Assembly (NCBI GenBank): GCA_002104905.1
Contig: MCFE01000065.1
Coordinates: forward strand, 1-64,000
Source: Basidiobolus meristosporus CBS 931.73
Taxonomy: Eukaryota > Fungi > Basidiobolomycota
DNA length: 64,000 bases
Direction of reading: 5' to 3'
Part shown: positions 51,658-64,000 of the stretch, piece after piece
How positions within the stretch are numbered: position 1 is the stretch's first letter
Layout: each line of letters starts with the position of its first letter
Translations under genes and position numbers: made by a program
The notes under the pieces: model-generated
The model's input: only the letters and a program-made list of their open reading frames with translations
Database searches by the model: none
What the model was told of the DNA's origin: nothing

Positions 51658-52399
51658 GGCTTCGATGGTATGAACCTCGGCTCGATGCGCAGTCAGGGAG
51701 TTGTTATTTAAATGACATCGATGGCCAAGTTCAATTCAATTCGAAAACAAAACAAGCGCTCACCAATCATATGAAGTAGCTCCCTTCAAATCTAAACACT
51801 CTATTTGATTCGGATGAACAAAATCATCACCATCCAACTTTTTTGAAGGACTTCATGATTTAGGGTGCAGCCCATACACCTCTTTTTGTGGACAGGATTT
51901 GAGCGCTACGAATCAACCACGCCGAGTCCGGTCAACATAGTGAGACCGATCGGCCCAATTCTATTGTAGAATCATGTGGAATGGAGCAACCCACAAATCG
52001 CCCATGCTTGCTACATGCTAGTTTCTATTTCATGTAGGGTGGACGTTGAGGTACGAGTGCCAGCTATGTTGCGATTGATTTTCCTCCGGGGACGATGGAT
52101 TGCTATTTTCGATGCGTTTCGTCTTGCCGATCCCCATGAGTGCTTAAGACACATCGGCAATACCTCGCGATCTCTTGGTCACAGGAATCCATTCGACCGG
52201 TCTTGCACTTGAGCAAGAATATCCAAGTATGGAGGAACAAGCCTCCTGCAGGTAATTGTTGTGTTAGACATTCCTTTTCAGCCTAATCGGCATGCATCAG
52301 CCATAACACCTTTATATGCACTGTCTGAGTTGAGTCAAACCTTGAGTAAAGATCGACTGTACAGCATACCTACAATCACGCCAGGGATGATGACACAAT

Positions 52400-55300
52400 C
52401 ATTAGGTACTTTAAGGACAGTGGCACTGTATGTCTAGGACCTTGCCTAAAGACTTCCTCCTCTAATCTAGCTATTTCATTCCGCCCCAGCTGGCATACTC
52501 TACAGAGGGAAATGCTATCCCCTTCAAATACAACTGGTATTCTGTCTAGATGAGTCTGCATTTATGCTCGCTGATCAGAAGTGCTTTTCACGGACAATTG
52601 TTGAGCAGCAGCCTGAGTCCAATTAACATCCCGCCAGATATATGAGAAACTCAAGCAAAAAACTCCTACAGCATTTAGACCTCCATCTTGCACCATGTCA
52701 ATGGCCGCAGAGAATTTCGACGGTTCTATGTCAAACTCGCAGGTGTAAAGACCCATTTCGATAGGCCTATCTGTGATTACGGGAACACATGGCGCTTGAA
52801 AATACGTTGTGAGCGAATGTCTGGCGCTATTGGCCCATTGCCGCAACATACAACTTAAAAGGAACCTGCAAGATCTGCCTCCTGCTCATTAGCCGTACAC
52901 ACAGATCACACCACGGAGAAGTTTGTACAGATATGCATATCGGGGATTTGGTGTACTTCGTCAAACAAAGCAGTATCGATGCACCTGAAAGACAAAACGA
53001 AAGGGTAGACGGGGGGTTCTTTGAAACATCATGACTATCGGACGTTGCTTCAGGCTCGCTGTCTCGCGGAGCAATCTCGTTTCTACCGAGGGAAACATTC
53101 ATACTTTGTGGGCGTTGTATTGGGTGGATGTAGACGCTTCCAAGGAAACTCAGACCGTACCGCGAGATCGACAAAATGGTGAAACCGCATCACTGGCCGA
53201 AGAAGCGGACTGCATGGAGCTAATGAAAGTATCCGGATTTGTCTCAAAGGGGTAAACTATGACTTACGGAGAATAAGTGACCCAATATGCCCCAAACCTT
53301 TACGAAGTTGTCTGCTAGATCCTGATGCACCAAAGCCTGACTGAAACCCAGGTGAGCACTAAATAAATTATGGTTGATGGCAATGTGAGGAATGGCACCT
53401 CGCCAGTAGCAGCGACCGTTGAAGTAACGCTGAGAGCTTGGCTCCTATGTGCTGAATCAATATTATGAGCGCTCTAAATCCCCGTCAGCTCACTGCTTGG
53501 ATACCTATTCGTGGTATGCGCACGTGTGAGAATGTGGCATTGTTGGGCATCCTGGGTCACCCGTTGGATCTAAGGCATGATAGTGATATACCCCATGCAT
53601 TCCTCCAATTCCAAAGATCCCCCAGACAAAGTAGACTGGACCTTCCTCCGGACGCCAAGGATGACGCAACAGGGCAAGTGAACATGCCGTATGCAGACTG
53701 AAGATATCATGGTCCTGAGTGCAAGCCCTATCACCCCGATGGCTTCTCCTTTATATGGATTACTCAGCATTGCCCCCGTCATGGTGGAATGAAGTATGGC
53801 TTACTGGATAAAATTAGAGACCCCAAGTGTAGGTGGTTTCAAATTAATCCGATTAAAATAGCAACTGTCCAGTCGCTGGTAGATATTGAGGGATAGATTG
53901 TTCGTCTAGGTCGAAGTTCATCCTTTCCGCATCAAATTATGCGATTTTCAACTACCGCGGTTACCCGCATGAATACGGCCATTTGCTTATGGTAGGTGAG
54001 ACCGAATTGGTGAGTAGGTTTAGAACAGCTCTGAACCACTTGCATGCTGATACAGAAACCAGTACTTTGGTCTAAATTGAACTCAGCAAATGGGTTTGTC
54101 ATCTCGACGGGTGTGCTCGAGCTGGATCACCCTATAACCTTACATTATTGCCAATTTACGCGACATGGACATGATATGATACGTCCATCCCATCCAAAAT
54201 CGATATACCTTCGATCTTAGTGTGGAAGTGCAAAAGAAACAAACACATAGATCAGCTAATAATCATTGATCTGGATCCGTGGTTTCAATGATGGTACCGG
54301 TGACCGGAAGGGCCCCCTCATGAAGTGTTACTCGTGGATGGAGTTGAGGGCAACGGTTTGCGAGGGGGCCAAGAAATGCACACCTGAGATTGATTTGGCA
54401 ATTAGACTGAGTAACTGTGCTTCCATCAATGCTTAATCCACCTTGGGGCATTTGAGGCTAACACTACGGGAACATTCCCTTGAAGGGATTTCTGAAAAGC
54501 TCAACGGATTACGCCGTATCCTACTCACAAGCCCTTTGCCTTTCTGTGTTAGCGAACAGCCATTGCTACTTGAATCTTCAAGAGGTACAATCATGTTTGT
54601 TGGGCTTCCAGAGGTTTATTGCAGAAAACAAAGCCCAACCATAACACCGCATTGGCCTATACAATTGCATAAGCAGCCGGATATACAAATATGGTATGTG
54701 GCCACTGAGCAGTAATTATAGGAAACTGCTTTGAATCCGCCTAAAAACTTCCGACTCAAATGCACCATGGGCCTTATTGGCTTATCACGCCAAGGTGGTC
54801 GTTTAGATATTCCGGCGCGAAGGAACGGTTTGCGAGAAATAGAAGCACCAGGAAAGCACATAGCTCCCCTAGCAGGAGAAATCACTCCTGTATAAGCAAC
54901 TGGGTTTACAGTTGCGGTGTGGAGGCATCCTTCTGCCGTCTGTTTCTTGAAAGAGATTGGAGTTTCAGCCAATGCAGCTTCGTGATACTACAATATATCC
55001 ATCATTGATTGGTATCCAGTACCACATATAAAATCGGTTTATTTCGCGGGTGCAACCGCGCAGGTCCATCGGAGCTGTGGTAAACATCGATATTCGGTCA
55101 TACCTCACTTGGGATTGGTACATTACGTTGAGAACCATGCATCGCACGTCCACTAACAGCTGTACGCGGAACAAGTCAAACTCTTGTTGAGATGTGCTCG
55201 TACAAGGCCCCTGTTTGAAAAACTTGGATTTAAGATACTTGATGTCCCCCGACACTATCCTACATTGCATACGTGAAGGAGATTAGTGGGTTTAACGTTG

Positions 55301-56600
55301 TGCCAGGCTCGAAGAACGCATTTCCACTTGGGTTGACCGTGATTGCTAGTCTAAATACTGTGGAGATGGAAAGAGAGGCCTGTGGCAGTGTATATCGGCA
55401 TCAACTCGCTAACTGGGTTGCAGAGATCCCAAGGCCAGGCGAGCAAAGCAAGCATATGGTAACCTGCGTGCACAGTGAGACCTAGCACCCTATCGCCCAT
55501 GGACAAGAAGTCGGTATGTATAATTTCGTGGCTGATAGCTGTTGATTTTGGTGGATACGGATAAATGGTGTATAACCCAAGCACAACAATCCTGCTCACT
55601 CATCGCCAAGAGGACCAATCCGCCTCTACGAATGTAACAAATCCAAAAAAGTGGACAGAGTATGCGCCATTCATTCTGAAACTTTCTCTACTGGACATAA
55701 TCTTGCGCTAGAGACGAATGAGCACATACTCATTTGGATAGATGAGCGATGCCCTCTCCTCAAACCGAATTTAAAGGGGGAGAGTTCTGGTACTTCATCA
55801 TGGTGCCAAGCACAGTTGTCAAAATCCTAGGGAATATACAGTGTCTTGTTATCCAGATCAATACAAACCATCACAGTACATGATTGTTGACGTATAAAGA
55901 TAGATATGCATGTACCCCGATGCACACTTCATTGAACCCGCATCCTGAGAAGACGGCTAGAAATAGATATACGGAAACGATTCACCCTATGGCTTGAGGG
56001 AAGTTTTGGAAGGTTCTCTTTAAAGTTATTCCAAACCAATTCAATGCGTTGCAGATCATGATTCATCTAGGGGAATGGTGAGAACACAGGTGCAGTGCAG
56101 ATACAGGCTTTGGTCGAGGTGACTGATATCCCGATTGTATGTATAGCTCGATCGCAAAAATATGGGAGATAATGGTCGGGGACTCCATCCCTTATGAATG
56201 GAAACTTTTTGCCGTCAAACCTCGTGCTACAATGACGACATCTTTCCGGAGACACTTTAGCGCAATCGACTCTAGATCCCTTCGCACCCAAAAATGCCCT
56301 AAATTAAAGACCTGAATCTGAGTTGGTTTCAACAAAACCCCGGTCATTTCCTTTGGCCAACTCTGCCACAATCAATGGGTTTAACAAATGCCTGATGAGC
56401 ATGTGCTAAGAATGTTCAGCTAGGTTCACTGGAATGCTTGTTGAGGGGAACTTGTTTGCGGTGCCTAAATATACCCAGCACATCTCAGTAACTGCATCGA
56501 GATCAGCTGGCCTTGACACACGCACCCATCGTACGGGTGGGTAGCCTGCGCGCCGGAGCCACTGGAATGTGCCAGGTGCGTTCCCTATCCATGGTGAAAC
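52400..56600 (-). pseudogene. Probable ancient CACTA-like transposase fossil
   Basis: Scattered motifs in the expected order: VDC...RCRHCSTR; YSVHFF...RIVVLG..YPYPPK; LAWPWDL..VSEL; PMVHLSRKFLGGFKA. Many frameshifts. Boundaries approximate. Confidence 0.5.
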
Positions 56601-57537
56601 GGCGTTTATTCGAGAGCGCTCAAATCGCTATAACGGCGCCCCACTGCTTCGTCCAGGTTGCTCTAACTGCAGTTTCCCGGACTCAAGTACAGCTCTAAAT
56701 GCGGTGTTATGAATTATCGCATATGTATCACTGGTGCCAGAGATGCATGTTCATCCAGGAATCCTTGCCAGCAGAAGAGAATATTATTCAATTTCCGGGA
56801 TTTCCGGTTTGGAGGCCCACATTCAGGTCCTCCGGAAGAATCTGGGATGCCAATCTATCCTTCTTCGCGATCATTTATAATACAAATGCCTCAGGAATGT
56901 CTAAGGGTTTGTCAACTATATTTATCATTTCGAGGGGGTGGAAATCAGTCGATTGACAATCAGAGAAGGAGTTCTGGGCCTTTCTTGTGCCAGGTTCGCT
57001 CACTGGCACCTCGGAATAACCAGACCAAGCTACTCTTTGGATAAACAAGTACTATAAAGGATGATTTATTTCCCGTTCTCGCCATTCCATCCGGGTTGCT
57101 TGCATCTATGATAATAGAAGTACACGAAAGGGGTAGGCACGAGCAATCTGCTCGTTTTTGGAGGACTGATGAGGAATTACTAAGACATCAGTTGGGCTTG
57201 TATGGCATCCATTTGCTCATTAATTCCCTCTTAATGAACATGATCCAGTCCATGTTCTACTCCTGATGTTCCCTTTGATTGGCCTCACAGATGATCACAT
57301 CTACTGGACCCTGGATCAATCATCAAATGGACGTAGCTCCTTGAAAAGCTGCAAACCATCCCACTATAAAGCGCACAATGCCACCATCCAACTACCAAGA
57401 TTGCATTTGTAGCTCCAACAGCTGAGAGCCTTCGTCACTATCTCCAGCCTAGTGATTTCTCCTCGACTCGCTCTCCACCACCACGACCACTTGATCCATC
57501 ACATACACCCGCTCGTCATCCTTCTGTATATCCAAAC

Positions 57538-59584
57538 ATGCTCTCCAACTACTCAGACGAGCCTCCCACTAAAAAGCACCGCAGCATGATGCCTGGTAGC
57601 ATATCCCAAACCCCCGATCTAAATGAGATTTCCGGGGATTTCTTAGATCTCAACAGTCCAGCCCTTTCTTTCACACAATCTTACCCTGAGGAGTTTGATG
57701 AGGATAGAATGTTAAATATAGGCGCAGGCGCACCACCGGCCAAAGAAGACACGCCAGAAGCCTCTTCGAAAGGGACCCGCACGAAGTCATCCGAAAGCAC
57801 AGAACAGCGAGCAACGAACGAGAGTGCCTCTGCCTTCCATGAGGATTACGATGATACAACCGATCATTCCAAAGAGGGCACATGTGAAACCAGCCCATCA
57901 GGAAAGGAGGGCTCGTTTGCCGCATCCAACTCCACAAAGAAACGTACTCGAGCCACGCCAGAACAGCTGGCCATATTGGAGGATGCATTCATGACCAATA
58001 CATCCCCCAATAGCAAGGTTCGGGAGGCACTTGCCGAACGTATCAAGATGTCGGAAAGATCGATACAAATATGGTTTCAAAATCGAAGGGCGAAAGTCAA
58101 GTTGATGCAGAAAAGAACACATCTTCTACAGCAGGAAGCTATCAGCAGACAGTACTTCAACTCGTGCATGCCTATGTTTTCCAATGGAATCTATCCATTC
58201 GGAAATAACATGCGATCTGGCCAAGGTGCGATGTACAACAACGGCCACTTCACGCCGATGATGGATATGATGGGGAGCCAGTGTGGGTCCTCCCCAGGCT
58301 CTTTTCAGTACAGCAGCCATCCACTCTCCAGTCCCTCTCCCTCCATGTTGATGCAATCAAAATCAAGTGAGTTGTTTCTCTGTAACTTTGCCAAATATTG
58401 AAACAGCCTCTAAATCTGGATGTCTAGTCGCCATGATGAGAAGCATGTCTGCCCCCACGACACCCAACGCAACACCAACCGAGGGTATTCATCTCTTCGC
58501 CTGCGACACACTTGGGGTTGGCACATGGCGGCGCATGGCCATTACCAAGAATGATTTGCTCTGCTACTTCAACCTCAGCGAGAAAAAGATGTCTTGGCAG
58601 ATCACGGATAACAGCAGTCGATTTAAGATGGAGTTTCCATTTTCCGCGGTGGTGGGGATTGAATACAAAGCAATGGACGCCATCTTTGGTCAGATCCTCA
58701 TTGACATCAACCAAGTCCCCGAATTCTCAATGGAGGTGAAAGTTGGCGGCAATCCGATCTGGACTGCCTGTCGTGATTTCACCGAAGGGAAACAGGCCTC
58801 ACGATTCTTTCGCCATGTCATCCGTGGCCATGCCCAGCCGTTGAAGCGGCAGATTGTCACCCTGATGCAGGCCGATATGAATCTCCAAAAGATCGTCAGG
58901 ATAGAGCCACTTTCTAGTATATCCTCAAGCGTTTCGCCGCCGGGGATGCAGCAGCGACGTCAGTCTTTCCCTGACAAGGCCATATCGAGTAACTTCGATC
59001 CCAACACTCCAGGCCTACTAGCAGCAAGGAGAGCCTCTGTGGACGAGTACATGACAAGACGGGCGGTATCGGTCCCCATGCTGAACATGATGAATATGAG
59101 TGGCACCTCGCGAGAATCGTCCCTCTCTGTAGAAATGTACAATAACCTGATGACCATCAATGAGAACGAGAGCGAAGCATCGATGAACAGCTTTACCAAA
59201 CAGGGTTTCAAAGATGTTACTGAGGAAAATGGCATTATATCGTCGAACTACAGTGAAACCGACCTAGCGTCTCAGCTCTCTGCCACCTCCACGGGCGTGG
59301 AAATCCCGATTACGGATGCTTTGATGTTAACATCCCCACTTGATCTATACCAGAACCAAAGATACGATATGCCCTTGTTGCCTCAAAGCATTGCTGCTCC
59401 CAGTTCATTAACTTCATCACTAGATGATACCTTTGCACTAAATTCAATGTATCTCATGGGCTCCGGCAAGCCGCCAAATCCTCTAAGCGACAGTGAGTTG
59501 AGCAGTGGGATGCTGGGCCAGATGCAGTTTGCCACGGACTTCTTATCCACCGAGGGGTATGACCCCAAGGATGGGACACAGTAA
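57538..59584 (+). CDS. Homeodomain transcription factor, PHO2/HOY1/PAH1-like; exon 1 57538-58366, exon 2 from 58428 (or 58407) to 59584
   Basis: KKRTRATPEQLAILEDAF...RERSIQIWFQNRRAKVK-type homeodomain (seen as SERSIQIWFQNRRAKVK). Second conserved block FACDTLGVGTWRR...DLLCYF...FKMEFPFSAV. GTGAGT donor at 58367. Confidence 0.9.
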
Positions 59585-60602
59585 GGCTCGTAGCGTACGA
59601 TTATGACTATTGTCGAATTTTTTGGATGGAACCGATTTTTTGATTGCATGTATTTCCTGCCTTTCACAATGTAGAATAGTTCTATTTTTTAATGACTAGT
59701 TGCGAATCTATTATTCTATCGTTCCCAACCTCATGACGATCAGCTGGAGCAAGCGTCACTGAAATATACCCTTTCTATGAACCAGCCTACCATTCCTATA
59801 AACTATTCGGCCTTCTATGATTGCGAGCTGTGGGGTCATGAGTTGGGAGTGTGCCATAACGGCAGGAATACCATTCGGTCCCACCGTGCTGAAGAAAATC
59901 TGGATCGGCCTCGATGGCCGACTGGATCGCCGAAAGGAGTAATGGGATTTTCCCGCGGCACAAGATTCCATTAGTCCCAGGAATGGGAAGTAACTCTGTT
60001 GCCCGAGAGCTCAGAGTGGTACAGAAACAGATTATCAGATAGGCCTCATCACGCTCATTATACCCGTTATACTCTAATGCTTCTTGCCGCTTTCAGAGGT
60101 AGACGACTGCCGGCCCAAATACAAGGCCTGAACTTTAGCCAAGCAGTGTTCAGGGCGCCAGTATGGCCCTTTTGCTCCTTGTGCGTAAGAGGAATGCGGA
60201 GAACAGCAGTGTGTGTCAAGACCGCTTGCCCCATTACTTTTTTGGCCCGAGATACGGAAACCTCTCACATGTACGAAAAGCTATCTTCCAGTTCGGTCAT
60301 TGTCCTACTTTACACACGTGAACGTTTATTCGCCCATTCCAATTGCGGCTCGGATTTTTGAGAAATGAGAATGCAATAAGGTGGATGGAGATTTACTCAC
60401 GATATTTCACTCACCCACACGGCAAGAATCATGTACCACACAGTGAGAAAATTCGTTGAAGCAGGTGACCAAACTATCGAGGATTGGAATGTTGCGCCAT
60501 TTCAGTGGATATCGCATTTAGACTCTTCAGAACCAGGGCTAAGAAGCCTATAAATACGATCTGCCGACACGCTTATCACACACTTCAAACCATTCACACA
60601 GT

Positions 60603-62285
60603 ATGGTCAAGATCGCCCTTCCAGCTCTTTTACTCCTATCCAGCACACTTGCCTTCGTTCCTGAAGTGAAGGCTCGTCCAGGGTCCATCACCTGCGATGC
60701 AATCACCAACAGCACATTAACCATCCACGATCGAGTTGCCCGTTTCCAGCCTGCGAACTTGGGTGCTGATCTTTCCGGTTTCTCCAAGCGCGAGCTTCTT
60801 GCTATCTCGAAGCTCCAAAAGGTTGCTCACATCATGGATAAACTCTACCTTCGCCAAGCCTGGTCCAAGAACGAGGAGCTGCGCAAATGTCTAGTGAAGA
60901 AGAACGACAAAGACTTGCTTCAGTTGTTCGACCTTTTCAAGGGCCCATGGGATAGAATCGCCGACAACGAGCCTTTCATCCAAGGTGTTCCTGGGCATTT
61001 GACCAATGCCAACTTCTACCCCGAAGATATGACCAAGGAGGAGTTCGAGACTTGGGTCGCCACCCTATCCCCAGCCGATCAAAAAAAGGCCAAGGGCTTC
61101 TACCATGTCGTCCGCCGCAACAACCAAAAGAAGTTGACCCTAGTTCCTTACTCCAAGGAATACAGAGACTTGCTTATTCCAGCATCGATCCTCATGCAGG
61201 AGGCAGCCCTCTTGGTCAAGGATGCTTCTCTCAGAAAATTCCTGTCCCTTCGTGGTAAGAGCTTCATCACCAATGAGTATCTCGAGAGTGAGTTGGCCTG
61301 GTTGAAGATCAGCCCAGAGAGCAAACTGGAGGTCACCGTAGGCCCCTATGAGACATACACTGACGGCTTGAACTCCTACAAATCTGCCTTCGAGATGTTC
61401 ATCCATGCCCGGGACTTCGAATCCTCAAGCCTTCTTCAGAAATTCGAGGATTCGCTTGCAGATGTTGAAGCCCAGCTGCCTATCCCCGAGAACTACAGAA
61501 ACAAAAACCTCAAGGCCACCCCTATTGTGGTGGTGAATGAATTGTACAATGGTGGTGATGTTGCTGTTCCTATGACCGCCGCCTACAATCTGCCCAATGA
61601 CGAAGATGCGATTGCGCAGGGCGGTTCCAAATTGGTTATTATCAAGAATGTCCAGGAACAGAAGTTTGCCCATACCTTGAAACCAATCGCTGAAACCGTC
61701 ATTGCCGAGGACCAGTTGAAGAATGTCAACTTCGATGCTTTCTTCAACCATGTTCTTCTCCACGAGGTCTCTCACTCCAATGGGCCTCACCTCACTGTCG
61801 GTGGTAGCCCGGTTCCTATCAGATCCAAGCTCCAGGAGTTACATTCTACCTTGGAAGAGGCCAAGGCTGATATCACCGGGTTGTTCGCTGCCAAGTATCT
61901 TTCCGGCAAGGGATTGTTCCCCAACATTACCATGGAAAGCTTCTACACTACATTCCTCGCCAGCTCCTTCCGTTCCATTCGCTTCGGTTTGAACGAGGCC
62001 CATGGCCGTGGCCAAGCTGCCCAATTGAACTACCTTATCGAGAAGGGTGGATTCAAATACGATGCCACCGCCGACAAGTTCAGCGTTGACTTCACCAAGA
62101 TCGAGGAGTCTGTCTCTTCTCTAGTTAAGGAGATCATGACCATTCAAGGCGATGGTGATAAGGCCAAGGCCACCACCTTCTTGAACACCTATGGTGTTAT
62201 TAAGGACCACACCGCCAAGGCGCTCGAAAAGTTGAAGAGTGTTCCAACTGATATCCAACCTATCTGGGGCCTTGACAAAAAATAA
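60603..62285 (+). CDS. Secreted zinc metallopeptidase of the M49/DPP III-like (NUDT3 C-terminal domain-like) type, 560 aa, intronless
   Basis: Hydrophobic N-terminus (MVKIALPALLLLSSTLAFVPEVKA), GPYETYTD, AYNLPND, LLHEVSH and LEEAKAD zinc ligands, SIRFGLNEAHG. Strong C-ending codon bias. Confidence 0.88.
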   Translation: MVKIALPALLLLSSTLAFVPEVKARPGSITCDAITNSTLTIHDRVARFQPANLGADLSGFSKRELLAISKLQKVAHIMDKLYLRQAWSKNEELRKCLVKKNDKDLLQLFDLFKGPWDRIADNEPFIQGVPGHLTNANFYPEDMTKEEFETWVATLSPADQKKAKGFYHVVRRNNQKKLTLVPYSKEYRDLLIPASILMQEAALLVKDASLRKFLSLRGKSFITNEYLESELAWLKISPESKLEVTVGPYETYTDGLNSYKSAFEMFIHARDFESSSLLQKFEDSLADVEAQLPIPENYRNKNLKATPIVVVNELYNGGDVAVPMTAAYNLPNDEDAIAQGGSKLVIIKNVQEQKFAHTLKPIAETVIAEDQLKNVNFDAFFNHVLLHEVSHSNGPHLTVGGSPVPIRSKLQELHSTLEEAKADITGLFAAKYLSGKGLFPNITMESFYTTFLASSFRSIRFGLNEAHGRGQAAQLNYLIEKGGFKYDATADKFSVDFTKIEESVSSLVKEIMTIQGDGDKAKATTFLNTYGVIKDHTAKALEKLKSVPTDIQPIWGLDKK

Positions 62286-63422
62286 TTGCATAATATAAAA
62301 CGCACCACTGTATAATTCACTGATCATGTTGCGAAGGGATCGTACTTGGGTAAACCTCCCGCTAATAAACCTTTTTGTTCTACATATCAACCATATTATA
62401 TTACTTGTTATGAAAGCGATCGATTAATCTCCATCCAGCATGGTGTTAGTATATAGGTAGACACCCTATGTTCAACTCCCGTCACATAGGTTCCATGACG
62501 CAGGCCATATTCAGAGTACTAAAGGAACTCAACAGTCGTCGGTTCTGTTCCAACGAAAAGTGCTTTGTAGTCAAGAGTTGGTGTTTGAAGAACGTTCAAT
62601 CCAACAGTGGCAACTCCTCTGTGCTGGTCGCTACGTTTCTATAAAGGGAAAAACAGACGTGCACCAACCTGGCTGAGATTTGGCAAATCCCAAGGTTGAC
62701 AAAGCCCTCATGAATCTCACGTGCACGCCGTAGGTGAAACTGCAAAATGGGCGCTTAAGGTATGACATATCGGCGGCTCTGTTATTTCTTTAGCTCTTCG
62801 GACAACTTCCAGAAGTATGGGTCCCTGGCTGTTGCATATGAACAGATGCCAAATTAGTTGTACGTCCGCCTGGCAATCACCCCTGACGTAATCGTTTAAG
62901 GGATGGTTTTAAGATTGGATTGCATAGATATATTTATATTAGACAATAGTACAGTGCCATCTATTCTGTTTACCCTGAACTTATTACAAAATGCAGCTTG
63001 CTGTACAAACAAATGACAACAAGACCAGCCCCGTTACCTGCCATGATGGCGTAAGCTCATTATGACTTGCCTAGTAGGAAGGCTAGCTTATTTGAGAGAG
63101 CTCGATTAGATTGCAGACCAATCAGGACGCCATCTGCAGGATCACTCAATCAGCATTCACGCTGTTGTCATTAGCACCCTGTGGTGAGGCTTCAAGTGTA
63201 CACACGTAATGGAAGATCCCAGTATGAACCGGATAAAAAGGGAAAATACAAGAGATATCTTGAATGCTAATTATAGTAAACTACGGACACAATGCTTACA
63301 TTCATGATGTTGAATGAAAATGGGATATTTTGTGAGACAGGGGCTTGAGGAGTGGCTTAGAATATATAAGTATTCATATCCGCCCATCTGTGGGATCAAA
63401 CACTCTCTGCTTTCCTTACAAG

Positions 63423-63855
63423 ATGTCCGCACAAGTTACCGTTAGTAAGTCCATTTCACTGTGATATATGATAACATTGTACCTCCTGTACTTACACATC
63501 ACTAGTTGAAGGTCGTAATTTGAAGAACAACGATCTGTTCGACAAAATTGATCCTATCTTCAAGCTCTATACTGGACATGGATTCACCTCCAAGGAGAAG
63601 ACCAGTTCCAAGAGAAATGATGCCAACCCTGTCTACAACGAGACATTCAACCTGAAGTACGACAACAGCCATAACGAGCTCCACGTTGAGCTTTTGGATC
63701 GCGAAATGATGGGCCTCGACACCGACAAGGTTGGCTCTACCATCGTCTCCTTGCAGGAAGTTGCTAGCTTGGGGTCTGTAGACAGATGGTACACTCTTCA
63801 GAACAAGCACGGAAAATCCGTAGGTGAGGTTCATCTGAGAATTAGTATTATGTAA
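63423..63855 (+). CDS. Stand-alone C2-domain protein, 123 aa; exons 63423-63444 and 63506-63855
   Basis: VTVIEGRNLKNND...IDP...KT....ANPVYNETF...VELLDRE...D.VG C2 pattern. The GTAAGT...CTAG intron restores the frame. Confidence 0.85.
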
Positions 63856-64000
63856 ATGCCCTTTTAGTACAAAGAATAACTTGGATAATAAATCCGTAAG
63901 ATGTTACCACAGATTTGTTTATGGTCTTTCTGATAGGTGGGCTAACTCGTAGCTCTGATTATGAGGAAGGTATCTAGGTTACATCCCTTTCCTTATCATC

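Noticed and set aside
57671-62390. Numerous antisense or overlapping ORFs over the homeobox and peptidase genes
   Set aside because: They are shadows of codon bias in the real CDS and have no recognisable motifs.
49690-64000. tRNA, rRNA or snRNA genes in the intergenic regions
   Set aside because: No cloverleaf, A/B-box or rRNA signature was recognised by eye.

Overview
Eukaryotic, most likely fungal, DNA; the lineage is inferred from the GT-AG introns with ctaac/ctaat-like branch sites and a PHO2/HOY1-type homeobox gene. The window has two sharply different domains. Bases 1 to ~49.7 kb are a CpG-depleted pile of nested transposons: one intact, very young Ty3/Gypsy element with identical 368-bp LTRs, two decayed sister copies, split and decayed Ty1/Copia elements with solo LTRs, CACTA-like remnants, and a PIF/Harbinger-superfamily DNA transposon family that inserts at ANT trinucleotides. 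That family includes a near-intact two-gene element at 39527-44716, older copies, and three ~733-bp almost fully palindromic non-autonomous elements with the same termini. Bases ~49.7-64 kb have normal CpG content and contain CDC6, a probable CACTA fossil, a homeodomain transcription factor, a secreted intronless HEXXH-type M49-like peptidase and a stand-alone C2-domain gene. The most striking signals are the ANT-targeting transposon and its foldback partner, the CpG-free transposase next to a CpG-dense partner ORF, and TIR-anchored rearrangements. All calls were made by eye; no searches or alignments were run.
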